Below are positions 18,301 to 27,999 of a stretch of 64,000 nucleotides of DNA, one piece after another (positions within the stretch are counted from its first letter, which is position 1; each line of letters opens with the position of its first letter). The stretch is from a virus (Duplodnaviria > Caudoviricetes), in the IMG/VR virus record IMGVR_UViG_3300033076_001039, positions 1 through 64,000 of that record, one strand, 5' to 3'. The notes beneath the pieces were generated by a model. The model made no database searches. It was given only the letters and a program-made list of their open reading frames with translations, and had not been told where the DNA came from. The position numbers and the translations under genes were made by a program.

Positions 18301-20242
18301 ATACATTAATTCTTTCACCTATGGGTAAAGTCTGTTGTTGTATTGATGATAGGAACCCATTACTACTTTTAGCACATTTGAATATTTCAGGATTAGTTGG
18401 CGTTTCACTTGATGTTGATATTGCACCAACCATCGTACTAAGATAATTTGAATTAGGATATGTTTGAGTAAGTTTTTCTAAATACAATTGAGAATTAGAT
18501 ACTTGAGTTAACAATCCTTCATCAGGTACTGGCGTTGGTGGTATAATATTACCTGAATTATTATTAGAATTATCACCACAATCACAAGACTGACACTCAG
18601 GATAAGTAATCATGGGTAATTTAATTGGCTCGAATTTTCTAGCATCTAATCTTAATATCTTAATCGCCTTATTATACACATATGCCACTATATGGTATAA
18701 TATTAATAATAATGGACCAATATATTGGATTATCGTAAACAATATTGAAAATAAAAAGTATATTAAATCAAAATTCCTAAATCCTTCATTAACAGGAAAT
18801 TTATTAATAGTATTCTCACAATCTTGACTATCAATTTCTTTAATACCTATGAATCTACCTCTACCTCCATTTTTAAATTCATCAATTAAGCCTGCAACAG
18901 TATACACTCTATTGAATTCGAACTGATAGAAGGTATCTTCACAATTCACTGCAGCATTAACATTGGTATAACCAGACCAATCTAACCCAAAATAATAAGA
19001 ACCCGCTAAACTCGCTTTAACCGTAGATGAAGAAGAATAATTTGGGTCTGAGTCAATATTCGTCCAACCATATTCTTTAACATTTGGAACTAAAAAATAA
19101 GGTCGTCTAGTTTGTTCTGTCAATGAATTTGGTTGAGCCCACTTAATTTTAAATCTATATTTACCTTTAGTTGGAATCCCTATTGTTGGGTCATTGGATA
19201 TTATTTTTTCACCGAATTCATTTGTTATAAAATAATCTAAATTCATTGGTAGTTCGGTTAACCAAACGCCGTCCCCGTCAATTACATTACCAGCCTGCTC
19301 CAACACATATTGTTCTAATATTGGATTCCCGTCACTACCTTGGTCGATAGTTTGTCTGATAGCCAATATTTGACCAGGACCTGTCTGTAGTGAGCACAGA
19401 TTACCCATATCATCTTTAGGTTTTGCACTTTTTCTAACTCTAAAACTATCGCTTGTAGAATAGATTGAACCCATGAATACCGAGGTTGGCATTATATCAA
19501 TATTTGCCTCATCTCTTAAATCAAAATCGACTCGATTTATTGCAATATCACAAACCGATGGGTCACCCCACAGTGGTGAGATTTCAACAGTTTTAACTAA
19601 ATTTATAATTTGAGGTAATGATGTTAAATCATTGGATGTTCTAAATGTGTTACCAGCAACTTGTGCTTCCGTCGCCAAACCCATTCTTATTAAGTCTTGT
19701 GGTGTTAATGAAAATTCACCAATATCCGACAAATCAACATCCATTACTAAAGTTTGATTACCTAATGGTACACCCATAATCATGTAATCACCACTTTCAT
19801 TAGTCTTTGCGGTTAATTTATAATATTTGTCAAAGATTTCAACAGCGGTCGACCCTGTTAATGCATCAAGTCTTGTTGGTAATGTACCTGTCGCTGCGTG
19901 AGTTGAATATGATTTTTCATAAGGTAATAGATTATATCGGTACCCATCTTCGTTTTTATCTTCAGGAGATTTGTATGGATATATACTTGATATTATCGGA
20001 TTAGATTCGTCAATCGGTAGTATTGGTATAAAAATAGATACTCTCGCATTAGGTAAACCAAATCCATTATTAGCAGTAACTCTACCAACAAGGACCCCAT
20101 AGTCTGAACAATTTCTAGTGTAGACATCTTCTTGTTGTAACTTTAAAGATAAAATCTCTAATTGTTCAAACTCTTGGTCTAACTGTACATTAATTGTTTT
20201 AGTAATACCTAACTCGGTTCGTATTCTATATGATTGACCCAT
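15314..20242 (-). CDS. Large baseplate/tail-associated protein with N-terminal carboxypeptidase-regulatory-like (transthyretin-like) domain
   Basis: GVLVGRVTANNGFGLPNARVSIF...KTNESGDYMIMGVPLGNQTL; 1642 aa; directly downstream of the gp6-like gene. Confidence 0.6.
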   Translation of the reverse strand: MGQSYRIRTELGITKTINVQLDQEFEQLEILSLKLQQEDVYTRNCSDYGVLVGRVTANNGFGLPNARVSIFIPILPIDESNPIISSIYPYKSPEDKNEDGYRYNLLPYEKSYSTHAATGTLPTRLDALTGSTAVEIFDKYYKLTAKTNESGDYMIMGVPLGNQTLVMDVDLSDIGEFSLTPQDLIRMGLATEAQVAGNTFRTSNDLTSLPQIINLVKTVEISPLWGDPSVCDIAINRVDFDLRDEANIDIMPTSVFMGSIYSTSDSFRVRKSAKPKDDMGNLCSLQTGPGQILAIRQTIDQGSDGNPILEQYVLEQAGNVIDGDGVWLTELPMNLDYFITNEFGEKIISNDPTIGIPTKGKYRFKIKWAQPNSLTEQTRRPYFLVPNVKEYGWTNIDSDPNYSSSSTVKASLAGSYYFGLDWSGYTNVNAAVNCEDTFYQFEFNRVYTVAGLIDEFKNGGRGRFIGIKEIDSQDCENTINKFPVNEGFRNFDLIYFLFSILFTIIQYIGPLLLILYHIVAYVYNKAIKILRLDARKFEPIKLPMITYPECQSCDCGDNSNNNSGNIIPPTPVPDEGLLTQVSNSQLYLEKLTQTYPNSNYLSTMVGAISTSSETPTNPEIFKCAKSSNGFLSSIQQQTLPIGERINVFNTRNKYFENINRIKVTFASDVNTTYHYDNTITVLATKSLEAGTLLSFVDPAKSTDKNYLWSGQTPNGVVNGINGTLQVNQFNINVNYADPNNPNNTLTTAYTIPSIPSSGCVDNIVVDVTSLGTITYSDCNTLINTYTATTLGPQTITNNNCIYLNSIGGTAEFTITNSGNTCQRYVYPSDIEYYQVLTAITITTTTVNGITTPVVLNSNQNEGFFGGLLRQDSIIENYQLQVTGAYPSGARTLESTITLKSTDFLNDFTQQVILVLQRGVDPYSPKLQNKYSIGTLFGLSENDPNWVFTASTRLNIPIQQIPSGSPTSIPQHNNQNNIYFQSYFYTPSFVGSTISGLQFSSYTTSNVGYYGALDGVSSGREVISPYGTYYSGNYVNQTPAYGSANGVTTVMSNTYYSTAVSLVNYDTSEDLSGGAITWGVPPQNYPANNAVIPPQLQSYGAFETVYFSPLLYPSLTGTSQLDITDSSKNIMRTDRLPSSDFIDSGVIEGSVSLLQQNLGFAVYVLDGNTISYITPGYPTGSSQVTPDIQGQLAADNVLNTLGSCEKMVGLECYQGFGNSFGVNTNCTYDDGVENGCYVFVKNPIKDIGKDIDNFSEWGYRFRFFYGLCRGVLSQTFTNNWVNGSLFTFPIQVDTYYDSENKPLPPEFAKELVFFDDKTNNFYYRSSPYLSSQSRFIGRPTTGLTKPTNSRNLLFPTTIVNLGMKDSVYQEIIYDASAKAYIMNTLNPTSYSDTSDLVNLFVISRIANSSFLEQIPLNGNNSLDMLFTREEKRIDGDLAQSMSINSEYGVIPFSPEFYVATGSGDDPVVILGSSYSPTMGVFFSSTTVDLQNKDYLSPGVINFRPSNNATAITYPYGIISQYVPFYQWELKQSGSQNIFGSQLNNWKTNESTSLNSTGIFGFNYQSLDRRNINPPTYFVGSNNTNDIYQRGYIFNVNSNGAYSYSMAGIPLSKFLVGAPNHFYFGIIKGNSALDKFKTKYSISE

Positions 20243-20334
20243 TAATATCTTTAGTTAATAAATAGTTTATGCGTTATTTTTAAAGTTCACGCAGACAATT
20301 AAATAATAACTTAAAGAAAAAATAAATAAACTTG

Positions 20335-22173
20335 TTAAGAGAAAGTAATTGATTGGAAGTTTTTGACTGATACTCTAATATCTTTACCAGGATATCTAAT
20401 CTGATACACTTGTGATGGTTGAGCAAATATAGTGTCGTCCACAGGTGCTATCAATCTAAGTTCAGGGTCTGAATACTGCATTGATGTTTCAGCTGAAGAA
20501 TACTGACCTCCGACTTCGTTGAATACGTCTAATTGGGCAACAGTTAAAACTCCATTAGTATTTTGAATAATACTTCTAATTTCAGATAGATAAACGTTTT
20601 GACCTAATTGTCTTGTTTGTGGATTAAAGTATGACGATACTTTATCAATAACATCTGAAATGACTTGACCTGAATTCTGAGCAGAATCCAATACTATTGA
20701 AATATCAACACTTAAGTCGATTACCTCAGCACTGAATATTGAAATATAGTCATTCATCATACGGTAGTTTGACAAATAGTTTGCAATGTTTTGTCGTAAA
20801 GTATTTGAAACAATATTGGTTAGTTTACCTGATGTATCGTAAGATAATATTTGAATCAAAATCTTATTATCGTTTTCAGTTATTGACACTTTTGCAGGTG
20901 CTCCAAACTGAGCAGGCATGTTTCTAATAATTGATTCGTAATCTTGAACAGTTACCGCCCTCTTTTGAGCCGCAAAGTTAAATGAAACATAATTTCTAAT
21001 TTCCTCTAAAGAAGGTATTCCTGCCCCACCAACAGCTGCAGTTACGTTAACACATCTTAATGAGTTAACTACCGCAGAGTTTGTTGTTTCAGATGGACCA
21101 TTAACAAAGAATGATACAGTACCAATTTGATTAATTACGTTTGTACCTAAGTTTGTCGCTAATCCACCACCAACTCTATACTGAATAAACAAAGTGGAGT
21201 TTGGTGTTAGTGTAGAACCTAATGAGAAGTTGTTTGAATATTTTTGAAGTTCTAATGTTGTACCTAAAGTTGTAAACTGATTTAATTGGTCTTGAGCGGT
21301 ATTTGTACCACCACCAAATGTCATCTTTTTAAATCCTTCAGGAGTGTATTCTGTAATAAATCTATTTTGTGTTTGGATATATCTACCAACTTTAATTCCT
21401 GGTTGGTCAGAAACTTTTGTCGGGTCTTCAATAAAGACTCTATCTTCAGCCAAAGCATCCACCTCATACCATCTGTTCTCAGCACCTAAGAATTCCGCAG
21501 TTGTTGGGATGTTGGTATATTGAGTCCCATTCTTTAATAAAACACTTGTAATACCCAATACGTTCTTTTCAGGTAGGAATAATTCAAAGAATGGTTTAAC
21601 ATCATTAGCCCCAATAACTCTCTTGAATACTTTTGTAATACCATTTACAACAATCTCTCGTTTAGTAATTGTATAGTTAACTAATACGTTGTTAGCGTTG
21701 AAATTTGGTATTTTAATTCTATTTGGGAAACCTTGAGCATTGTATGGTGAAGCAAAGTCAATATCATAAACATTTTCAAATACTACCCCAGCACCCACAA
21801 CTTGAGAACCTCTTTGTAAGGTACCTAAATATCTTTCATCTTCTTTATCCCCAAATGCAGGGACTGTGATTGAGAAATCAACTAAAGAAACTGATGGTCT
21901 TTGACCTGGTAATTTTAACCCGTAGGTTCTGGCTATGTTATAAATTGACGACCTTTGTTGTGCATATTGTAATACAGTTTCCTGAATACTTCTATCAATA
22001 TTGTAATGTAGGTTGTCAGCAATTGCCGCATTTAAATCAATAAATACAGAGAATACCGAAGCATCATTAAAGTCTTGTATTAAATCAGGATAATACGTTC
22101 TAGTATAATTTAAGAGTTCAGTCCTGATTGACTGATAATCTCTCGTAGCGTACGATATTCTATTATTTGCCAT
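20335..22173 (-). CDS. Baseplate wedge subunit (T4 gp6 / baseplate J-like)
   Basis: RDYQSIRTEL...DFNDASVFSVFIDLNA...ARTYG and YRVGGG...AAQKRAVTVQDY; follows the gp25-like gene. Confidence 0.88.
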   Translation of the reverse strand: MANNRISYATRDYQSIRTELLNYTRTYYPDLIQDFNDASVFSVFIDLNAAIADNLHYNIDRSIQETVLQYAQQRSSIYNIARTYGLKLPGQRPSVSLVDFSITVPAFGDKEDERYLGTLQRGSQVVGAGVVFENVYDIDFASPYNAQGFPNRIKIPNFNANNVLVNYTITKREIVVNGITKVFKRVIGANDVKPFFELFLPEKNVLGITSVLLKNGTQYTNIPTTAEFLGAENRWYEVDALAEDRVFIEDPTKVSDQPGIKVGRYIQTQNRFITEYTPEGFKKMTFGGGTNTAQDQLNQFTTLGTTLELQKYSNNFSLGSTLTPNSTLFIQYRVGGGLATNLGTNVINQIGTVSFFVNGPSETTNSAVVNSLRCVNVTAAVGGAGIPSLEEIRNYVSFNFAAQKRAVTVQDYESIIRNMPAQFGAPAKVSITENDNKILIQILSYDTSGKLTNIVSNTLRQNIANYLSNYRMMNDYISIFSAEVIDLSVDISIVLDSAQNSGQVISDVIDKVSSYFNPQTRQLGQNVYLSEIRSIIQNTNGVLTVAQLDVFNEVGGQYSSAETSMQYSDPELRLIAPVDDTIFAQPSQVYQIRYPGKDIRVSVKNFQSITFS

Positions 22174-22178
22174 TTATA

Positions 22179-22649
22179 TTAAATATTGATAATTACAAAA
22201 TCACTTTGACCAAAAGTAGAACCGTTGGTCGAGTAATCTAATCTTATTTTTGCAGTATATTCAGATGTACCTTTACCAGGGAATCGATATATAGAAGACT
22301 CACTTGTACCTAAAAGATTTTGACCTGTAGCAATATCAACTTCTTCTTGAGCATCTGCAGGTGTAATACTCAAACTATTCACCAATAGATTTGGCATGAA
22401 TGTTTCAATAGCATCTCTAATGTCAGATTCAATTGCATTGAAGGTAAGTCCGTCAAATGGTTCAAATAGGAACTCATAAAGTCTTGTCCCGAATTGAGGT
22501 AAAAAATACCTTGAACCTTTTCTTGTTAATAATAAATGTATTAAGTCGGCCTTAATCTCCTGAGACTGTAACTCGGTAAGTTCTAAATAGTCACCACGTC
22601 TAGAGTCCCTAAAGGGAAAATTAATACCATAAGTAATTCCATCTGCCAT
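22179..22649 (-). CDS. Baseplate protein gp25/GPW-like (sheath initiator)
   Basis: IKADLIHLLLTRKGSRYFLPQFGTRLYEFLFEP motif. Confidence 0.9.
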   Translation of the reverse strand: MADGITYGINFPFRDSRRGDYLELTELQSQEIKADLIHLLLTRKGSRYFLPQFGTRLYEFLFEPFDGLTFNAIESDIRDAIETFMPNLLVNSLSITPADAQEEVDIATGQNLLGTSESSIYRFPGKGTSEYTAKIRLDYSTNGSTFGQSDFVIINI

Positions 22650-22698
22650 ATCTATAAATATAATCGTATCTATTTTTCTTTAAATAGATTAAAAATGA

Positions 22699-22722
22699 AA
22701 AATCCCGACGAATCGGGATTTT
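22699..22722 (-). terminator. Intrinsic terminator after nrdA (UUCG loop)
   Basis: Minus strand reads AAAATCCCGA-TTCG-TCGGGATTTT, starting just after the nrdA stop. Confidence 0.8.
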
Positions 22723-22726
22723 AAAA

Positions 22727-25153
22727 TTAGGAACTACATCCAAAACATTCAAAAGGACTGTCTTCAGGTTTTTGAGTTAGTTCATAAATCTCAACCTTTG
22801 GTTGTTCAATCTTAGCTTTAGGTTGTTGTATTTTTGAAACATCAACCGCCAAGTGTTTCGCCCCTGTTGATATTGCCTTGGTTCTTACATAATAACACAA
22901 TGTCTTCAAACCTTTTTCCCATGAGTGGAAGTGTGATGAGGTAATCTTGGACAATGTTGGGTTAGCCATGTAGATATTCATTGATTGTGATTGGTCGATG
23001 AATGGTGCTCTGTCCGCCGCCATATTGATAAGTTCTCTTTGTGAGATTTCCCAAATAGTTTTGTACTTAGCAATTAAGTGCTCAACTCTTTTAACTTTTT
23101 TTAGATAATTTTTATCTTCATTATCTAAGTAATTATTGAAGTTAATATTTTGGATTGAGCCTTCATTCAAAATAATTTCGTTCTTCAAGTCTTCACACCA
23201 AATACCCAATTTTTCAAAATCACTAATTAAGTATTTGTTCACAATCATAATCTCACCACCAACAACTCGTCTATTAAATAATGCTGAGTGAGCGGGTTCT
23301 GTCATTTCAAATGAACCTGTAATCTTAGCTGAAGATGCTACAGGCATTTGAGCGGTAAATAAAGAGTTACATACACCGTGGTTGGATACTTCTAACTTAA
23401 GTGAGTCCCAATCCCATAAACCACCTAAACCTTCATAATCTAATCCCCACATATCAAATTGGAAAATACCTCTTGACATTGGTGAACCTTCAAAGTGTTT
23501 GTATGGTTTATATTCACCTGACTTACACAATTCCATACTTTCAGTAATAGCCGCGAAATAGATTGTTTCAAAAATCATTTTGTTTAATTTTTTAGCTTCT
23601 TCTGATGTGAAAATATAATCCATCAAATAGAATACGTCAGCCAATCCTTGAGTACCGATTGCAATTGCTCTCTGTTCCAATCCACCTTTCTCACCTTTAC
23701 TTGTTGAGTAGTTGTTGATATCAATCACTTTGTTCAATGCTTTAACAACTTTTCTAACTTCAGTATAAAGTAATTGGAAATCAAACTCACCTTTATTAAT
23801 AAAGTTCTTTAACACCATAGATGATAATGTACAGATTGCCGTAGTTTCTTCATCAGTGTATTGGTAAATCTCATTACAAAGGTTTGATTGTTTAATCACA
23901 CCAATATTCTGATGGTTTGTTTTCTTGTTAGCATTATCTTTAGAACACAAGTAAGGAACACCAGTCTCAACTTGGGATTCGATAATCTTGGTCCAAATAT
24001 CTTGAGCCTTAACTTTTTTACCCAAACCTAACTCAACCGCTTTATTGTAGTTTTCCTCGTATTCTTGCCCATAACATTCTTGAAGTGGTTTAATTCCCGC
24101 TTTAATAATGTCGTTTGGACAGAATAAATACCAATCACTACTTTCTCTTACCGCTCTCATGAAGTTATCAGGAATCCAAAGTGCTGTAAATAAATCTCTT
24201 GCTCTTAATTCTTCAGCACCTGTATTCTTTTTAATGTCCAACAAATCCATAATGTCTTTGTGCCATGGTTCGATGTAAATCGCCGCACTACCTGGTCGTC
24301 TACCTTGTTGATTGAAGAATCGGAGTGATTCGTTTACAATTTTCAAATACTTTAATAATCCACCCGCAAATCCACCTGAACTATTGATACGACTTTCTTT
24401 ACTTCGGATATTAGACATTGACAATCCAATACCTGCAGCGTCAGATGAATAGGTTGAAATGTCGTTTAGAGTTTTTAACAGACCTTCTCTTGAGTCAGCA
24501 TTGTTATAATGTAATACACAAGATGCTAATTGAGGAACTTTTGTACCTGAATTAATTATGATTGGTGTTGCAGGTGAAATCAACTGATTTGATAATGAAT
24601 GATAATATTCAACCGCTTGTTCAAAAGATTTCGTTACCCACAAAGCGACTCTCATATACATGTGTTGAGGTCTTTCAATTACCTTACCCGCAGGTGTTTT
24701 TAACAAGTACATCTCTTGTAATGAACGCCAAGCAAAGTAATCAAAGTTATAATCATTTTCATGGTTAATTACCGCATCAATTTTATCATGACCATATGAG
24801 TCAATAATATCCATTAACTTATCATTTATGATTCCTGTTTCGTATAACTCAAACATAGTTTTACAAAAACTTTCTTCAGTTTCTTTATGGTATGAAGAAA
24901 TTGCAACTGATGAAGCCAATCTTGAATAATCGTGATGACTACCAGTATAAGACGCAGCAATTTCATAAACTAACTTATCCAACTCTTTAGTTGTGATAAG
25001 TCCTTCAGTAGGAACCGATGTAATTACTTTGATAAAAATTTCATCTGAATTAACGTTCAATCCCTTGGACGCTCTTTTTACTCGGTTATAAATTTTCTGA
25101 GGATTAAACGATACGTCGTCCCCATTTCTTTTTTTAATTTTTAATGACATCAT
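22727..25153 (-). CDS. nrdA: Ribonucleotide reductase class Ia alpha subunit with ATP cone
   Basis: N-terminal IKKRNG ATP cone, ERPQH, SCVL, SNLCNEI, ICTLSS, PVASS, CYYVRT and a C-terminal CFGC. Confidence 0.97.
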   Translation of the reverse strand: MMSLKIKKRNGDDVSFNPQKIYNRVKRASKGLNVNSDEIFIKVITSVPTEGLITTKELDKLVYEIAASYTGSHHDYSRLASSVAISSYHKETEESFCKTMFELYETGIINDKLMDIIDSYGHDKIDAVINHENDYNFDYFAWRSLQEMYLLKTPAGKVIERPQHMYMRVALWVTKSFEQAVEYYHSLSNQLISPATPIIINSGTKVPQLASCVLHYNNADSREGLLKTLNDISTYSSDAAGIGLSMSNIRSKESRINSSGGFAGGLLKYLKIVNESLRFFNQQGRRPGSAAIYIEPWHKDIMDLLDIKKNTGAEELRARDLFTALWIPDNFMRAVRESSDWYLFCPNDIIKAGIKPLQECYGQEYEENYNKAVELGLGKKVKAQDIWTKIIESQVETGVPYLCSKDNANKKTNHQNIGVIKQSNLCNEIYQYTDEETTAICTLSSMVLKNFINKGEFDFQLLYTEVRKVVKALNKVIDINNYSTSKGEKGGLEQRAIAIGTQGLADVFYLMDYIFTSEEAKKLNKMIFETIYFAAITESMELCKSGEYKPYKHFEGSPMSRGIFQFDMWGLDYEGLGGLWDWDSLKLEVSNHGVCNSLFTAQMPVASSAKITGSFEMTEPAHSALFNRRVVGGEIMIVNKYLISDFEKLGIWCEDLKNEIILNEGSIQNINFNNYLDNEDKNYLKKVKRVEHLIAKYKTIWEISQRELINMAADRAPFIDQSQSMNIYMANPTLSKITSSHFHSWEKGLKTLCYYVRTKAISTGAKHLAVDVSKIQQPKAKIEQPKVEIYELTQKPEDSPFECFGCSS

Positions 25154-25164
25154 ATTATTTTTAT

Positions 25165-26112
25165 TTAGAAATCTTCCTCAAAGGAAATAGTTTCATTTAA
25201 TTTAGCTTTTTGATATTCAACAGTTCTTGACTCAAAGAAGTTACCTTTAGTTTCAACCGCAATTTGTTCCATGAATTTGAATGGTTGTTCAACATTAAAT
25301 TCTTTTTTTAATCCAAATTTAACCAATAAACCGTCAACAACAAACTCAAGGTATTGTTTCATCAAGTTAGAATTCATACCAATCAAAGATACAGGTAAAG
25401 ACTCAGTGATGAACTCTTTTTCAATCTCCAAAGCTGAAAGAAGAATCTCTCTGATTCGTTTATCACTTGGTCTATTCTCAACGTGGTTATTCAATAAATG
25501 AATTGCGAAATCACAATGTAAGTTTTCATCTTTAAAGATTAGTGAGTTGGCATTACACAAACCTTGCATGATACCTCTTGATTTCAACCAGAAAATTGAA
25601 CAGAATGAACCTGAGAAGAAGATACCTTCAACCGCAGCAAATGCCACCAATCTTTCTTGGAACGAAGCATTTTCAATCCAATCCAAAGCCCATTTAGCTT
25701 TCTTTTGAACTGCAGGTAAATTATCCAATGCGGTAAAACATAAGTTCTTTTCCTCCTCACTTGAAATATAAGTGTCGATAAGAAGTGAATACATCAAACT
25801 ATGGATGTTCTCCATCGCAAGTTGGAATCCGTAGAAAAACTTTGCTTCAGGATATTGTACTTCACGATAAAAGTTTTCAGCCAAGTTTTCATTAACAATA
25901 CCATCAGATGCTGCAAAGAACGACAAAATGTTCTTGATGAAGTATTGTTCGTTCTCAGATAGATTATTCCAATCTCTGATGTCATTTGTTAGGTCGATTT
26001 CCTCTGCGGTCCAAAAAGCTGCTTGGTGCATTTTGTAGAACTCCCATATGTCATGGTGCTCGATTGGGAAGATAACAAACCTATTAGGGTTCTCTATTAA
26101 TATTTTTTCCAT
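25165..26112 (-). CDS. nrdB: Ribonucleotide reductase class Ia beta subunit
   Basis: [41 protein letters not shown] and NFFESR motifs. Confidence 0.97.
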   Translation of the reverse strand: MEKILIENPNRFVIFPIEHHDIWEFYKMHQAAFWTAEEIDLTNDIRDWNNLSENEQYFIKNILSFFAASDGIVNENLAENFYREVQYPEAKFFYGFQLAMENIHSLMYSLLIDTYISSEEEKNLCFTALDNLPAVQKKAKWALDWIENASFQERLVAFAAVEGIFFSGSFCSIFWLKSRGIMQGLCNANSLIFKDENLHCDFAIHLLNNHVENRPSDKRIREILLSALEIEKEFITESLPVSLIGMNSNLMKQYLEFVVDGLLVKFGLKKEFNVEQPFKFMEQIAVETKGNFFESRTVEYQKAKLNETISFEEDF

Positions 26113-26130
26113 AATTTTAAATTGTGTTTT

Positions 26131-27510
26131 TTACGATTTTTGTTGTTCTTCTCGTTGTTTTCTTTTCTCCAAAAGTTCCTTAACTCTATCTCTTTTTCTT
26201 TCCTCTTGTTGTTCTTCAAAACCTAAGAATGTTACAGACGACTCGGTGTCGATTTCAAGTAGTTCATTGTTGAACTTACAGTTTTCAAATACCACACCAT
26301 CTTTACCAATACGTGACTTGGTAATTGCAATTGTTGCCAAGTTCATTTCTTTTTGTTGTAATGTTTTTGCCACGGAAATAATAACGTGACCTACTTGGGC
26401 CTTTTTGATTGAACCACCCATTTGGTCTGTAGTTACAACTTCAGATGAAATTGATGACCTGTTACCTTGAGTTGCTGTCCAACCTACCAAAGATAATTCA
26501 TGACACATAGCCTCGAATCCTCTCATTACTGAACCTTCAGCTTTCCACTCATCTTTGTTTGAACTTTCAGGAACCACACAGTCAATGTAATCCAATAGAA
26601 CCAAATCAATCTTTGTTCCATCAGCAATCATCTTTCTAATTTGATTTTTGATTTGATTCATCGACATAGTATCTGAAGGGAGTTTTTTTAAAATTAACTC
26701 GTTCTTCATGGTCTCTTTGATTTCGGTAATTTTTGCCATTACCTCATCTTTGTGTTTAACCAAGTTATCAGGTTCAATACCAGTCCAAAGTGTAAAGTGT
26801 TTACGTTGTACGATTTTTGGGTTGTCCTCAAAAAAGATTTGAAGTACGTTGTACCCAAGATTGAATGCTGTGTTTGCAATCTTTGTTAAGATGGTAGTTT
26901 TACCCACACCTGTTGGTGCTAAAATTACCCCAATCTCACCTTTAGCCAATCCTCCTTTAAGAAGTCTGTCAATACCTACAACTCCCATAGGAATTGGATG
27001 ACGGAAGTCCTCATCAAGTACTGTGTCAAGGTTAGAGAAGATATCAGTTGTACCCGTATCTCTTTCACCAACTTGAAGGGCTTCACGTACCAATCCTTCA
27101 ACTTTATCATATGATTCAAAGTCACCTTCAGTAATAATCTTTTGGGCTTTGTCCATCGCCTTTTGAAGCTCTTGTTGTTTACAGAACTTCAATGCCTTTT
27201 CTTGAACGAACTGAGTTCCTTCAAATGGGGCGTCTTTTACTTGTTTGATTGTGTCAAGAACAATTTTAGCAACTAATTCTTGTGAAATCTCAGATTTTAC
27301 AATCTGCTCAAGTGTGTCAAAGTTTGGGGTTGATTGGTATTTGATATGATACTCCTTAATCATTTGCAAGATAATCTTGAAGTATTTGTTGTCGAAATAT
27401 GAACTCTCGATTACATCCATAATTGATGTCGAAAATTCTTTATCGACTACAATTTGGTTTAAAAGTTGTATTTGAAATGTCGTTCCTAAGTAATCAAAAT
27501 TCTTGTTCAT
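26131..27510 (-). CDS. dnaB: Replicative DnaB-like (T4 gp41-like) helicase
   Basis: Walker A APTGVGKT, Walker B LLDYID, WTATQGNR, KSRIG. Confidence 0.9.
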   Translation of the reverse strand: MNKNFDYLGTTFQIQLLNQIVVDKEFSTSIMDVIESSYFDNKYFKIILQMIKEYHIKYQSTPNFDTLEQIVKSEISQELVAKIVLDTIKQVKDAPFEGTQFVQEKALKFCKQQELQKAMDKAQKIITEGDFESYDKVEGLVREALQVGERDTGTTDIFSNLDTVLDEDFRHPIPMGVVGIDRLLKGGLAKGEIGVILAPTGVGKTTILTKIANTAFNLGYNVLQIFFEDNPKIVQRKHFTLWTGIEPDNLVKHKDEVMAKITEIKETMKNELILKKLPSDTMSMNQIKNQIRKMIADGTKIDLVLLDYIDCVVPESSNKDEWKAEGSVMRGFEAMCHELSLVGWTATQGNRSSISSEVVTTDQMGGSIKKAQVGHVIISVAKTLQQKEMNLATIAITKSRIGKDGVVFENCKFNNELLEIDTESSVTFLGFEEQQEERKRDRVKELLEKRKQREEQQKS

Positions 27511-27544
27511 ATTCTATTTTTCGTCCGTCTGTTTTATTAAATAT

Positions 27545-27997
27545 TCACTTACTTAAGTCAAATCCATTATATTCAAAAGATAATTTTTGACCTGAAAAAA
27601 TGTCAGTCAATTCTCGTAAAACGTCTTTCAAAAATGGTCGTACGTCAACGGTATAACGAACTTTTGGCGGGAACAATTTTCCATCAAAATTTCTATGACA
27701 AATTGTCTGTTCTCCAATTTTAACAAAAATGTTAAACTCTTCACTACCATCGGTGTACGATGTGTCCATGATTCCTGGGTCTGCGGTAATCGCATCTTTG
27801 TTATCCATCATGTAGATAACTGTTTTCATCTTGAGGTTGTACTCTAACTCTTCTTTAAGTCTTTTGATAAACTCGTACAACTCCAAAGAATTTTTTGCTT
27901 TCGGGTTATACCCTCGAACATTAAAGAATCTTTGGACAACGATGTTGTCATTCAACGTAAGTAAGAATTCCATTTTGGTGCTGTCTTGCTCTTTCAT
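27545..27997 (-). CDS. Hypothetical protein in replication operon
   Basis: ATG at 27997 directly follows the exonuclease stop; the longer 28069 start would overlap the upstream gene. Confidence 0.65.
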   Translation of the reverse strand: MKEQDSTKMEFLLTLNDNIVVQRFFNVRGYNPKAKNSLELYEFIKRLKEELEYNLKMKTVIYMMDNKDAITADPGIMDTSYTDGSEEFNIFVKIGEQTICHRNFDGKLFPPKVRYTVDVRPFLKDVLRELTDIFSGQKLSFEYNGFDLSK

Positions 27998-27999
27998 AA

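Noticed and set aside
20270-20293. TGCGT...ACGCA inverted repeat downstream of the gp6-like gene
   Set aside because: Only a 5-bp stem with a long AT loop; too weak to call.
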